Below, one piece after another: positions 49,700-63,500 of a DNA stretch of 64,000 bases; position 1 is the first letter of the stretch; every line of letters starts with the position of its first letter. The notes beneath the pieces are model-generated. The model did not search any database. It saw only the letters and a program-made list of their open reading frames with translations, and was not told the DNA's origin. The position numbers were made by a program, and so were the translations under genes. Source of the stretch: Heptranchias perlo (lineage: Eukaryota); NCBI RefSeq assembly GCF_035084215.1, contig NC_090325.1, forward strand, positions 72,106,001-72,170,000. The letters are read 5' to 3'.

Positions 49700-50060
49700 C
49701 AGTTGATGCCTTTTACGTATTTCCACAGAGAAAGTAATGAAGATGTTGTCCCTTGTTGAACACAGCATCTGTCACTTATTTATTTCAGGTGTGTATTGCA
49801 GACTGCCTAACGTGGCACATGTCCTTGGGGTGGCTTGGAAGGATACAATAGCAGGAAACTTTCAAGCTGTGGTAACCTTCTCATCTACAAGACGAGCAGT
49901 CCCTATTCCAGATGTTGTCTTCAGGTAACCCTGCAGCAGCACCAAGTGACAGCCTGTTTTATGAAGCAGAGGCAGTAAAGACAGGTCTCCTCTGACATTT
50001 CCAGGTATATGTGGAGGGGACCATAAATGTGGTCCTCGGGAAGTGACAGGTACAAACAGA
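49700..50060 (-). pseudogene. Heavily decayed Harbinger nuclease N-terminus (copy 4)
   Basis: Minus-strand pieces YLEMSEETCL, KQAVT, KVTTA, SFQAT, QSA.H colinear with copies 1-3. Confidence 0.6.
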
Positions 50061-51486
50061 ATGCCTCAGGTGTTGTTTCACTTCCATTTGGTGGCCCCTC
50101 AAGAAGTCTTCTTTCTTATCTGTTGCATTCAGCACCTTTGGAAACTAGCAAGGAAGGCCCATGATCAACATTTTGTACGGTGCAATTTAAATGCCCACAG
50201 CAACCAAGAATACTGAAGGAAAGAACTGGCAGCAAAGATCCCCAAGACATATGAATTTGGCAGAGTTCCCAGTAAAAACAAATAATGCATGGGACAAATT
50301 GCAGCAACATTTACCACAAAGAATTTTGAATGACCACAAGATATACCTAGCTTTTAAGAGGACTGCTTGAACAGGCTGAACCTGAGGATCCCTGGTGCAC
50401 TCATTTCAAATGAGCAAGCAGTATATCATGGGAGGTTCCTCGTCCACAGTCTGGAATTCGTCTGAGGAACCCAATTTACTAAAATATTCAATTTAAACAA
50501 GGCCTATCCATGCTTGTATTTAGTCCCATGCCTGAATTTACTCGCACAATTGGCCTGTTGTAAAATTAGACGTGCACGGCTGTGGACTTGACTTCTTGAG
50601 CTCCACCTGCTGGCTGAGAGCCCTGTGCCCTGTGTGGAGCCTCGGGAAATTGAGCCTATTGATATTTCATGAAGGTGCAACTTCCATTTTGAGAGGGGTG
50701 TGTTAAGCATTCATATCATAATATCGCACAGTGTAAATTCTGGGCTATAATTGTAGAAATACTACAAGTTAGTTGTCAAGAAAAAGGCATTTTTGAAAGC
50801 AGGATTTTGTTACAAATTCATCACACAATTTAAGATAGCCATAAATTTGTGGTAAATGTAAAGGTCTCTCACCCTGTTTTTTTGTTGTTCTGCAAATGTG
50901 TTGTTGCTTTTACAAGGAAACAGATGTAGCGACCACATGCTGCCAGTTGTATATATTAAGATGAAAATTTTGTTTTAATTCATGATTTTTTTTTCATCTA
51001 TCAGGTGTATAAATAATGGCTAACCCAAACTTGCAGTTATTTATTCTAAAGTTGTGTTGGTTGGTAGACACAGTACAGAACACACTTCAATGTTTAGCAC
51101 TTTCCTAAAAGTGAGCCCTTAGAATAATAACTCAGGTTGGTCATTATTAATACCATTCAGCTTTCTGTTCTTCATCGTGGGTAGATGTGATTATTAAAAA
51201 CCCATAGCTTATATTGCTATTATTCTTACTGCCTCCTGATAAATGAAAAAAAAACATAATAATGAATTCAAATAGAACCTCCACCATAACACATACAGTT
51301 GGCAGCGTCTTGTCTCTGCATCTCCATTTCCTTGTAAAAGTATCAACACCACTCCATGCAGCTTCAAAAAAGGGTGAGAACTTTTGCAAGTTTATAGTTA
51401 TCTCAAATTGTGTGATGCATTTACATTTTTTTAACAATATCTTGCTCATTTTTGAATTATGGTCACTTTCCTTTTCTATAGTATTT

Positions 51487-51670
51487 TTAATAAGAAAAAG
51501 GAGCAGGAGTAGTCCATATGGCCCCTTGAGCCTGCTCCACCATTCAATTAGATCATGGCTGATCTTCAACCTCAACTCCACTTTCCTGCTCGATCCCCAT
51601 AGAGTCCAAAAATGAATCTCTCTCAGCCTTGAATATACTCAACGACTGAGCATTCACAGCCTTCTGGGGG
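51487..51670 (-). mobile_element. CR1 3' end fragment
   Basis: Matches the CR1 3' UTR at 12371, 54224 and 60200. Confidence 0.8.
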
Positions 51671-52259
51671 CTTTTCTCTTTACTTTGTCTTAATTCTAAG
51701 TCTAGTCCACCCCCATGCTAAGCAGCATCTGGAACCAAGAAAGTGTGCAGTGATCAATTGCCAAGTTATTCTATATGATGCCCATGAACCAACTACCAGA
51801 AAGTGCATGGGGAGGAAACATGTTTGTTTGCAACTATTGTTACCGGTTTCTCTTCTTAAACTTTTCTGTCTATTTGTATTTTTTAGTTTTCTCCTTTTAT
51901 TATTTTTCTGTTTTTCTTTTTACTTTCTGCTGTTTCATTCTTATCTATCGATTTACTTTTTTTTTACTTTGTTTCTTTTTTTTTAAAAACATTTTTTTGT
52001 TACTTTTTTAATTCTGGAGAGAAGAATTACCCTGGGCACAATGTCTGGATTTTCCTCATCGGTAGATTACCCTCTGGAAGTGCAGTGGGGTGGGACTTTC
52101 ACCCACCCCTTGGAGCTGCCGCTGATCTCACCTAATTTCCCAGGGTCAGCATACTTTATAGAACTGAGGCTGACCTCTGGGAATATTCCTGCCCACTATT
52201 AGACATCACCACCGGCTTGGGCACAAAATTTAAATGCCTAAAGCCTAAAGGACCCAGCA

Positions 52260-55200
52260 CCACCACAAGGGAAGAAGAGGAAAAGAAGACACACAGAATA
52301 ATGAGTGCAATGTCAGAAGCAGAGCACACAACCCCAACATTTTCTAATGCCTCCACAGAAGTTCTCCTTAATGAGATACAAGGGGGGGCGGGGGAGTGGT
52401 GAGGAGGATGGCCTTCATCTCACTTTGTTGTACTGCTTGAAGAGCTTTCTACTAATCTGCTGGAGGAGCCATTGTGTCCTTGCTGCGGCCAGCCATCCCC
52501 CCCACCACCCCACCCAAACTGGACCTTTACTCATTGCTTTTCATGAATGAACCTTACTAATTGCCCTACCGGGTTTGCATTTGCTAGTTCTGTGCATTTC
52601 TCATCACCATATAATGCATTAACAGGGCAGTAGCGGCCTCAAAATAGAGTCAGTGGCCTTACTGCCCCGTTAACCCCGACGATACCATTTTAAAAGGGCC
52701 CAACCCACTGAGCGCCCAAAGTGCCTGTCTGTTTCAGTTGGTAGGCCCCTTGTACCATGCAGACCAGAGTCCTATGGTATACATAAGACCCCGATTGCCC
52801 TTTTAGGTTGGGACTGGTCACAGCATGAGTGATGAACACTCCGATCAGTTCAATGGGCAATAGAGCCGAATAGACCCAGCAAGATTGCTCCTCCAGGCCA
52901 AACAAAAACAATCTAGGCCTCTGAGCCCCAAGACCCCCAACCGTTCCCCTCCCCCCACCCCCCGCACATGCTGCTGGCCGGGGCGGCCCGATATTGTCCA
53001 GCGTAATCCGGCGAGTAGCTAGCATCACAATGCTTGTTTGGCGTCCCATAGCTCGCCAGTTTGATGTGGGGCCTCACAATCACAGCAGTCTCTTTGCTGC
53101 TGGAATGGCAGGCAGTCAGCCACCCAAAAGTCAAAATTGACTAATTAATGCAGCATTCTTCCCGAGGGAGAAAACAGCCCATAACCATTGGAAGAAGTTG
53201 GGCATAGCTGGTGGTCCCATAACATTTGCCCTTTCATCTCATTTGAGGAGGAATCCTTGGGAAGACACACAGGAGAGGATATGGGAGATGGGGAAGTCTG
53301 GTGCCAACTGCAAATTCATCATAACGTTCAGCTTCTCTTAGCTCCCATGCTGCTGCACCACACAATAATCTAGATAATGAAAGCCCAATGTAACTCTTTC
53401 TATTTTACATTACATTTCAACTCCGCTCCTGAGCGACTCGTTCTGACCTTTCCTCTTCTTGTCCTCTTTTAAATGTGCCAATAAATCAGCAATCAGAGGA
53501 TTAAGATCACCAGTATCCAGGCCACTCTGCTTCAGTCCCTGCCAGCACTTCATCAGCCTATAATTCATTCACCCTTTGGTCTCCAAAGCACCAGCCCAGA
53601 GACATGCACTGGGAATGCGTTATGTATTGATGCAGAGGGTAGTGCACAGAGAGATGCACAAGGCACAAGTGGGTGGAAGGAGCTCAGAGGATGAACGAGT
53701 AGATACTGTTAGCTGGAGTGTCAGGAGATGTCTGCCCTTGGCTGAGAAACCTCAGGACCCAGTTCTCAGGGGTCCTGATTCCAAAAGAAGAATGTGTAAA
53801 TAAAGAAAGACTTACATTTATATAGTATTTTTCACTACCACATGACATTCCAAAGCACTTTATAGCCAATTAAGTACTTTTGAAGTATAGTCACTGTTGT
53901 AATGTAGGAAACGTGGCAGCCAATTTGTGCACAGCAAGGTCCCACAAACAGCAATGTGATAATAACCAGATAATCTGTTTTAGTGGTGTTGGTTGAGGGA
54001 TAAATATTGGACAGGACACGGGGAGAACTCCCCATCAAACATAGGTACAGGCATTGATAAAGCCTTCCCAATATGTGCAGCTCAGTTGAAGGAATCCAAT
54101 ACTCATATTTGCAATACCATGATGGATGTGTCTGCAGCACTACAGTCTACCCTGGAGTGTATAGTAGCTCCAGGGACATCTGCAGCACAGGCTCCCTGAG
54201 CAGAGGCCCTAAGGTTAGTCTTAGAACATAAGAAATAGGAGCAGGAGTAGGCCATATGGCCCCTCGAGCCCTCCGCCATTCAATAAGATCATGGCTGATC
54301 GATCTCAACCCCACTTTCCTGCCCGATCCCCATATCCTTTGATTTCCCTAGAGTCAAAAATCTACCTATCTCAGCCTTGAATACACTCAATGACTCAGCA
54401 TCCACGGCCCTATGAGAAAGAGAATTCCAAAGATTCACAGCCCTCTCTGAGAAGAAAGTCCTCCTCATCTCAGTCCCGAATGGCTGATCCCTTATCCTAA
54501 GTTCTTGGCTTCTGCCATGGGTGCTCTGGTTGCAAACAAAGAGGCCTTGGGTGCTAGTATGAAGAGGGCTGCCACTTCTGGCCTCCAAATCTTTGGGTCT
54601 GGGATGCAGGGAAGTATCTCTCAGGGCTTCATTCCTGCTGCTCATTGGCTAACCGGTGTCGTTGCCCAATATTAGTGGCCTGGCAAGCATGCATTCTCAT
54701 GATGATGCTATCTCTCAGCACAGTTTCACATAAGAGCCTTCTTGCCAGACCTCTCAGATCCTTGCACATGTAGCAGAAAACCTGCAGGTCTAGACTGCGC
54801 TTGCAGCAGCACAAGAAACACAGCCTGCAGCAGATCCTTCTCCAGATTCAGCTGCTCTAAGATGAGGACCACCTTAGTCTCCAAAAGCTCCTGGAGGAAT
54901 GCAGACGCCAGCCACCTCATGAACCTCTGTCACTCAGCGATGACCTATGAGAAAGGAGCCACAAGTGTTACTGACCCCGAAAGGAAGCATAGTGGAAGTA
55001 ACTAGCAAAGAGACACCAAACTCAGGTTGTTCTTAAAATTTGCCCGTCATACATTAGGATCAGTGCATGAATGTATCTTTCTCAGAAAATGCGTGAGTTG
55101 TAGACAGGTCTGTTAATGTAGTGGGCAAAATTGAAGTCAGGAGAAGGTCTCACATATCAAATTGTCACAAATGTTTTCCTCTGAATTGTCTTCATGGTGA

Positions 55201-55460
55201 TGCTTGAGGCCCCTGAATCCCTTGGGAGTCTTTTTTTCCTCCTCCAGAGCTAAGTAATGCAGCATACAGCACACCATCCTTGAGATCCTGTTTGGACTAT
55301 ATTGCAGAGCATCCCAGATTAATCCAGCACCTGCAGTGGGGCTTCAGATGTCAACAGTCTGCTCTATGATGACTCTGGTGACAGCATAGACTTCATTGTA
55401 GTGGTGCTAGCCTCGTAATTTGGAAATTAGCCATACATGCAGAGGATAACCTTTATCTCC
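52260..55460. mobile_element. Decayed Harbinger copy 5 with nested SINE (53800-54032, -) and CR1 (54224-54500, -)
   Basis: Myb start PTFSNASTEVLL (52300-52380, +); minus-strand nuclease C-terminus GDKGYPL, YNE..AVTRVIIEQ, ALQYSP (55260-55460). Confidence 0.65.
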
Positions 55461-57237
55461 ATCCAAACACTTGCCTGGACCCCCAGGTAGGCCCTACTCC
55501 CACCGTTTGTTGGGGCAGTACAATTATTCAGCAGGATGGCCACCAATGCTCTACCCAGCATATTTTATACAGGGGCCATAGGGTCCCAGCCCAAGCCCTT
55601 GCCATGCCCCCTACAATGGTGTTAACCTTGTTTGGGGGGAGTGCGCAGTGAAGGCTCCATCCCCAGCAAAGCCCCATAGAAACTCTGGGAGAAGGCCAGG
55701 ACCTGAGACCCAGTGTATGAGTCTTGGTCTAATTTACAGCTGTTCCACAGCATTCCCACTGGAGGTACAGCAGGACTGTGCTGGAAGAGCCACAGATTTT
55801 TAGCCCCGCTACGCTTAGGCTGTACTAAGTTTTGATGTGGCTGCATTTGGAATATTGTATCCACTTGTGGTCATATGCATGCTGGGGAATAGCGAGGCCC
55901 TGGAGAAGGTTCAGAGATTTTTCTCTTTTTTTTGCCTTTCTTAGGAGATTGCATAACTGCACAAGGCTGCACTATGTCTGGACGGGGGGGGGGGGGGGGG
56001 GTGGGGAGGGGGGGTGTTGATGGACTAGTCACCCTTTCCTGTCAATTTTATATGTTTATATTAAAGAAGAGGTGATGTGTGCCACTAAGTTCCAATGTAT
56101 AATGCAATTAATTAAGATAAGTTTCAGATTTTAAAATCTAAATTGGTGGCAAGTACTTGATTAATTCATGGAATAAAATGTTTCTCACATGTTGAATCTA
56201 TGATAACAAAGCAACATATTGAGGCCAATGAGATATGTGTCGAGAATAAAGAACGTGATAACAGGACACTTAGGATTTGGCAGAGTAAACATGGATTTAT
56301 GAAAGGGAAATAGTGTTTGACAAACCTATTGGAGTTCTTTGAGGATGCAGCTAGTAGAATAGATAAGGGGGAACCAGTGGATGTGGTGTATTTGTATTTT
56401 CAGAAGGCTTTCGATAAGGTCCCACACAGGAGGTTGGTGAACAAATTTAGAGCACATGGAATAGGGGGCAATATACTGGCATGGATTGAGAATTGGTTAA
56501 CAGACATAAAATAGGGAGTAGGAATAAATGGTTCTTTTTCAAGTTGGCAGACTGTGACTAGTGGGGTACCGCAGGGATCGGTGCTTGGGCCCCAGCTATT
56601 CACAATCTATATCAATGATTTGGATGAGGGGACCAAAGGTAATATTTCCAAGTTTGCTGAAGACACAAAACTAGGTGGGAATGTGAATTGTGAGAAGGAT
56701 GCAAAGAGGCTTCAAGGGGATATGGACAGGCTAAGTGAGTGGGCAAGAACATGGCAGATGGAATATAATGTGGAAAAATGAGAAATTATCCACTTTGGTA
56801 GGAAAAACAGAAATGCAAAGTATTTTTTAAAATGGTGAGAGTTTGGGAAATGTTGGTGTTAAAAGGGATCTGGGTGTCTTTGTACATGAGTCACTGAAAG
56901 CTAACATGCAGGTGCAGCAAGCAATTAGGAAAGCAAATTGTATGTTGGCCTTTATTTCAAGAGATTTTGAGCACAGCAGTGACGATGTCTTACTGCAATT
57001 ATATAGGGCCTTGGTGAGACCGCACCTGGAGTATTGTGTACTATTTTGGTCTCCTTACCTAAGAAAGAATGTATTTGCCATAGAGGGAGTGCAGCAAATA
57101 TTCACCAGACTGATTCCTGGGATGGCAGGATTGTCATATGAGGAGAGATTGAGGAGACTACGCCTGTATTCTCTAGAGTTTAAAAGAATGAGAGGTGATC
57201 TCATTGAAACACACAAAATTCTTACAGGGCTCGACAG

Positions 57238-59972
57238 ACTGTTCCATCACCATCCCTGGGTATGTCCTGTCCCACCGGCAGGACAGACCCACCAGAGGTG
57301 GCGGTACAGTGATATACAGTCAGGAGGGAGTGGCCTGAGGAGTCCTCAACATTGACTCTGGACCCCATGAAATCTCATGGCATCAGGTCAAACATGGGCA
57401 AGGAAACCTCCTGCTGATTACCACCTACCGTCCTCCCTCAGCTGATGAATCAGTCCTCCTCCATGTTGAGCACCACTTCGAGGAAGCACTGGGAGTAGCA
57501 AGGGCACAAAATGTACTCTGGGTGGGGGACTTCAATGTCCATCACCAAGAGTGGCTTGGTAGCACCACTACTGACCGAGCTGGCCGAGTCCTGAAGGACA
57601 TAGCTGCTAGACTGGGCCTGTGGCAGGTGGTGAGCGAACCAACACGAGGGAAAAACTTACTTGACCTCGTCCTCACCAATCTACCTGCCGCAAATGCATC
57701 TGTCCATGACAGTATTGGTAGGAGTGACCACCGCACAGTCCTCGTGGAGATGAAATCCCGTCTTCGCACTGAGGACACCATCCAACGTGTTGTGTGGCAC
57801 TACCACCGTGCTAAATGGGATAGATTCAGAACAGATCTAGCAGCTCAAAACTGGGCATCCATGAGGCGCTGTGGGCCATCAGCAGCAGCAGAATTGTATT
57901 CCAGCACAATCTGTAACCTCATGGCCCGGCATATTCCTCACTCTACCATTACCAACAAGCCAGGGGATCAACCCTGGTTCAATGAGGAGTGTAGAAGAGC
58001 ATGCCAGGAGCAGCACCAGGCGTACCTAAAAATGAGGTGCCAACCCGGTGAAGCTACAACTCAGGACTACATGCATGCTAAACAGCGGAAGCAACATGCT
58101 ATAGACAGAGCTAAGCGATTCCACAACCAACGGATCAGATCAAAGCTCTGCAGTCCTGCTACATCCAGTCGTGAATGGTGGTGGACAATTAAACAACTAA
58201 CGGGAGGAGGAGGCTCTGCAAACATCCCCATTCTCAATGATGGCGGAGTCCAGCACGTGAGTGCAAAAGACAAGGCTGAAGCGTTTGCAACCATCTTCAG
58301 CCAGAAGTGCCGAGTGGATAATCCATCTCAGCCTCCTCCCGATATCCCCACCATCACGGAAGCCAGTCTTCGGCCAATTCGATTCACTCCACGTGATATC
58401 AAGAAACGGCTGAGTGCACTGGATACAGCAAAGGCTATGGGCCCCGACAACATCCCAGCTGTAGTGCTGAAGACTTGTGCTCCAGAACTAGCTGCGCCTC
58501 TAGCCAAGCTGTTCCAGTACAGCTACAACACTGGCATCCACCCGACAATGTGGAAAATTGCCCAGGTATGTCCTGTTCACAAAAAGCAGGACAAATCCAA
58601 TCCGGCCAATTACCGCCCCATCTGTCTACTCTCAATCATCAGCAAAGTGATGGAAGGTGTTGTCGACAGTGCTATCAAGCGGCACTTACTCACCAATAAC
58701 CTGCTCACCGATGCTCAGTTTGGGTTCCGCCAGGACCACTCGGCTCCAGACCTCATTACAGCCTTGGTCCAAACATGGACAAAAGAGCTGAATTCCAGAG
58801 GTGAGGTGAGAGTTACTGCCCTTGACATCAAGGCAGCATTTGACCGAGTGTGGCACCAAGGAGCCCTAGTAAAATTGAAGTCAATGGGAATCAGGGGGAA
58901 AACTCTCCAGTGGCTGGAGTCATACCTAGCACAAAGGAAGATGGTAGTGGTTGTTGGAGGCCAAGCATCTCAGCCCCAGGACATTGCTGCAGGAGTTCCT
59001 CAGGGCAGTGTCCTAGGCCCAACCATCTTCAGCTGCTTCATCAATGACCTTCCCTCCATCATAAGGTCAGAAATGGGGATGTTTGCTGATGACTGCACAG
59101 TGTTCAGTTCCATTCGCAACCCCTCAGATAATGAAGCAGTCCGAGCCCGCATGCAGCAAGACCTGGACAACATCCAGGCTTGGGCTGATAAGTGGCAAGT
59201 AACATTCGCGCCAGATAAGTGCCAGGCAATGACCATCTCCAACAAGAGAGAGTCTAACCACCTCCCCTTGACATTCAACGGCATTTCCATCGCCGAATCC
59301 CCCACCATCAACATCCTGGGGGTCACCATTGACCAGAAACTTAACTGGACCAGCCATATAAATACTGTGGCTACGAGAGCAGGTCAGAGGCTGGGTATTC
59401 ACCTCCTGACTCCCCAAAGCCTTTCCACCATCTACAAGGCACAAGTCAGGAGTGTGATGGAATAATCTCCACTTGCCTGGATGAGTGCAGCTCCAACAAC
59501 ACTCAAGAAGCTCGACACCATCCAAGATAAAGCAGCCCGCTTGATTGGCACCCCATCCACCACCCTAAACATTCACTCCCTTCACCACCGGCGCACTGTG
59601 GCTGCAGTGTGCACCATCCACAGGATGCACTGCAGCAACTCGCCAAGGCTTCTTCGACAGCACCTCCCAAACCCGCGACCTCTACCACCTAGAAGGACAA
59701 GGGCAGCAGGCGCATGGGAACAACACCACCTGCACGTTCCCCTCCAAGTCACACACCATCCCGACTTGGAAATATATCGCCGTTCCTTCATTGTCGCTGG
59801 GTCAAAATCCTGGAACTCCCTTCCTAACAGCACTGTGGGAGAACCGTCACCACACGGACTGCAGCGGTTCAAGAAGGCGGCTCACCACCACCTTCTCAAG
59901 GGCAATTAGGGATGGGCAATTATTGCCGGCCTTGCCAGCGACGCCCACATCCCGTGAACGAATAAAAAAAAA
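57238..59972 (+). mobile_element. Young copy of the tRNA-headed LINE family, 5' truncated in the endonuclease
   Basis: 647-aa ORF 57522-59465 plus 59481-59909; poly(A) end. Confidence 0.95.
57522..59909 (+). pseudogene. APE-RT polyprotein with a premature TAA at 59463
   Basis: GDFN, SDH, NYRPI, QFGFR, GVPQGS, FADD; 15-bp in-frame deletion near 59400. Confidence 0.88.
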
Positions 59973-60439
59973 GGATAGATGCAGGGAGGCTATTTCCCCT
60001 GGCTGGGGAGTCTAGAACCAGGGGTCACAGTCTCAGAATAAGGGATAGGGCATTTAGGATTGAGATGAGGAGAAATTTCTTCACTCAGAGGGTGGTGAAT
60101 CTTTGGAATTTTCGACCCCAGAGGCTCAGTCAGTGAGTACATTCAAAACAGAGATCGATAGATTTCTCGATGTTAAAGGCATCAAGGGATATGGCAGGAA
60201 AATGGTGTTGAGGTAGAAGATCAGCCATGATCTTTTGAATGGCAGAGCAGGCTCGAGGGGCCAGATAGCCTACTCCTGCTCCTGCTCCTATTTCTTATGT
60301 TCTTATGTTCTTAATTTCTTCAGGACTTCTCCACTCAGCCTCCGTAATTTCGATGTGGAGATGCCGGTGATGGACTGGGGTTGACAATTGTAAACAATTT
60401 TACAACACCAAGTTATAGTCCAGCAATTTTATTTTAAAT

Positions 60440-60476
60440 TCACATGCTTTCGGAGGCTTCCTCCTTCCTCAGGTAA
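60440..60476 (-). ncRNA. Hammerhead motif in the PLE terminal repeat (probably mutated)
   Basis: TTAC-CTGAGGA-A-GGAGG(AAG)CCTCC-GAA-AGCA-T-GTGA; the conserved U16.1 reads A. Confidence 0.7.
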
Positions 60477-60707
60477 ATGTTCAGGAGCTCCTCGAAGCCT
60501 ACGCATTTATACATATAGAACAATACATGATGTTTACAGAATGCCCCTGCAACTGCCCGTTGCCAAGGCAATCACCGTGTTCAGACAGAGAGGTGTCACC
60601 TGCAGAACCCCCGAATACACATTCAACAAAAAAACAAACAGGAAAAAAAAACAGAGAGAGGCAGAAACATCCGGAAGGCAGAGAAAGCCAGCAAATGACC
60701 CATTATA

Positions 60708-62300
60708 TTAAAAACAGATAACATTTGTTCCCTGGTGGGGTAACGTGTAGCGTGACATGAACCCAAGATCCCGGTTGAGGCCGTCCTCATGGGTGCGGAA
60801 CTTGGCTATCAATTTCTGCTCGACGATTTTGCGTTGTCGTGTGTCTCGAAGGCCGCCTTGGAGTACGCTTACCCGAAGGTCGGTGGATGAATGTCCATGA
60901 TTGCTGAAGTGTTCCCCGACTGGGAGGGAACCCTCCTGTTTGGCGATTGTTGCGCGGTGTCCGTTCATCCGTTGTCGCAGCGTCTGCATGGTCTCGCCAA
61001 TGTACCATGCTCTGGGGCATCCTTTCCTGCAACGTATGAGGTAGACAACGTTAGCCGAGTCACAGGAGTATGAACCATGCACCTGGTGGGTGGTGTCCTC
61101 TCGTGTGATGGTGGTATCTGTGTCGATGATCTGGCATGTCTTGCAGAGGTTACCGTGGCAGGGTTGTGTGGTGTCGTGGACGCTGTTCTCTTGAAAGCTA
61201 GGTAATTTGCTGCGAACGATGGTCTGTTTGAGGTTGGGTGGCTGTTTAAAGGCGAGTAGTGGAGGTGTGGGGATGGCCATAGCGAGGTGTTTGTCCTCAT
61301 TGATGACATGTTGAAGGCTGCGGAGAACATGGCGTAGTTTCTCCGCTCCGGGGAAGTACTGGACGACAAAGGGTACTCTGTTGGTTGCGTCCCGTGTTAG
61401 TCTCCTGAGGAGGTCTATGCGATTTTTTGCTGTGGCCCGTCGGAACTGTCGATCGATGAGTCGAGCGTCATATCCCGTTCTTACTAGGGCGTCTTTCAGC
61501 GTCTGTAGGTGTCCATCGCGTTCCTCCTCGTCTGAGCAGACCCTGTGTATTCGCAGGGCCTGTCCATAGGGGATGGCCTCTTTGACGTGGTTAGGGTGGA
61601 AGCTGGAAAAGTGGAGCATCGTGAGGTTGTCCGTGGGCTTGCGGTAGAGTGAGGTGCTGAGGTGCCCGTCTTTGATGGAGATTCGTGTGTCCAAGAAAGA
61701 AACTGATTCTGAGGAGTAGTCCATGGTGAGCTTAATGGTGGGATGGAACTTGTTGATGTTATCGTGTAGTCTCTTTAGTGATTCCTTGCCGTGGGTCCAT
61801 AGAAAGAAAATGTCGCCGATGTATCTGGTGTATAGTGTTGGTTGGAGGTCTTGTGCAGTGAAGAAGTCCTGCTCGAACTTGTGCATGAAAATGTTGGCGT
61901 ATTGGGGTGCGAATTTGGTCCCCATGGCTGTTCCGTGTGTTTAGGTAAAGAACTGGTTATCGAAGGTGAAGACATTGTGATCCAGGATGAAGCGGATGAG
62001 TTGTAGGATGGCTTCCGGAGATTGGCTGTTGTTGGTGTTGAGTATTGATGCTGTCACAGCGATGCCGTCATCGTGGGGGATACTGGTGTACAGTGCCGAG
62101 ACATCCATCGTGGTGAGAAGTGTTCCTGGTTCAACTGGTCCGTGGGTACTGAGTTTTTGTAGGAAGTCTGTAGTGTCGCGACAGAAGCTGGGGGTTCCCT
62201 GTACGATGGGTTTCAGGATGCCCTCGATGTATCCAGAGAGGTTCTCACACAGGGTTCCGTTGCCTGATACGATGGGACGTCCGGGTGTGTTTGGCTTTGT
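60708..62300 (-). pseudogene. PLE reverse transcriptase / GIY-YIG endonuclease
   Basis: 405-aa ORF plus upstream in-frame RT behind a TAA near 61942; catalytic YxDD reads YIGD. Confidence 0.9.
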
Positions 62301-63234
62301 GTATTTCTAATTTCAGTAGAAGTTCAGTGGAAATCCATTTACGTGCATAAACGGAAATATGTTATGGAAATTTTCTACTGAAAGATTTCCACCAGAAACT
62401 TCAACCAGTTTTTTTCCTCTTTCAGATGCCAATAGAACTGCTGTATATTTTTATCTGACAATAAGCAATAAGAAGAACAAGAGCACTATGTCCAATTGCT
62501 GTCAGAAATGGAAAGGCTTGGTGTAAATCACAGTGCGAAACTATAGTGGCAAAGAGGATTAATGTGAGACTCAAGTGTAACAATTATTGAAACAACTACT
62601 CACCAGAAACTGGAGAACCACAGCAAATCTTTATGAAAAGTATGATGGTAACTTATTGCAAGAAATGGGAGTATGGGGTGAATTGCTGCAAAAAGCAGCA
62701 CCGCAGTACATCAATAGAAATGATGACAACCTTTCAAAGAATCTCTGAGAAATGGAAATGTTACTTCCAATAACAAAAGCATAACAACAAACCGTGCCAT
62801 GATGTTGATGAAATCTAACAAATCACTACAAGAAATAATAGCATTTAGGGAGTGCCCACAGGCAACGAGAGAGTCAGGAATGAAGTAATGCCTGAAAAAA
62901 CCTTGATGAAATTAGAACATTGTTGTTAATTGCTGTAAGAAAATATAGGGCTGATTTTCCTCTGCCTTGCACCAAAATAGCAAACAAAATATGGGTCAAT
63001 GGAGAGGAAAAATGGGTGCTAATCCTTTGGTCTCACTTTGCTCCTGCATGGCATTGAGAATGAACTGCATCTATGGCTTTTCTGATGTTTGCACCTGACT
63101 GTGACTGAAGAAGATGCAGCAAAATAAATGTATTTGTTTCTTCTGTACTTGTTGCAGAATGCTCTTAGTATTTTATACTTAGCGATGGAGGCCATGTTTA
63201 GTACAGTACCAGCTGCTCAAGTGGTGGTATAGCC

Positions 63235-63500
63235 CCTAATTTGAGATGAAATTAGTGACCATTTAGAAATGCATGGTTTGATCAAGGACAGCCAGCATGG
63301 ATATATTAAAGCAAATAGTGTTTGACAAATTTAATAAAGTTTTTTAGATCAAGTAAGGGAATGCAAAGGATGTAGCATCTATGAATTTTCAGAAGATGTT
63401 TTATGAAGTGTCTTACAGGAGGCTTACCATAAAAATTCAAGCATGTAGTATAAGGCAATATGTAGCAACATGAATAGAAAGTTGTGTGTGGTTTAAAACC
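63235..63500 (+). mobile_element. Old CR1 RT fragment
   Basis: HLEMHGLIKDSQHGYIK...CLTNLI.F motif. Confidence 0.65.

Larger units (their letters stand above)
56250..60312 (+). mobile_element. CR1 LINE (56250-57237 + 59973-60312) split by a LINE insertion
   Basis: RT pieces up to KILTGLDR resume as DAGRLFPLAGESRTRGH; (TTCTTATG)n tail. Confidence 0.92.
60352..62307 (-). mobile_element. Penelope-like element, 5' truncated
   Basis: RT (GRPIVS, MDVSALYTSIP, GTAMG, RYIGDIF) plus GIY-YIG (NVVYLIRC...YIGET...R.NGH); TAATTTC on both flanks. Confidence 0.93.

Noticed and set aside
51750-52011. Phe-rich membrane-protein-like ORFs
   Set aside because: T-rich low-complexity DNA
62480-62940. Purine-rich stretch resembling a very old LINE ORF
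   Set aside because: Too degraded to assign by eye
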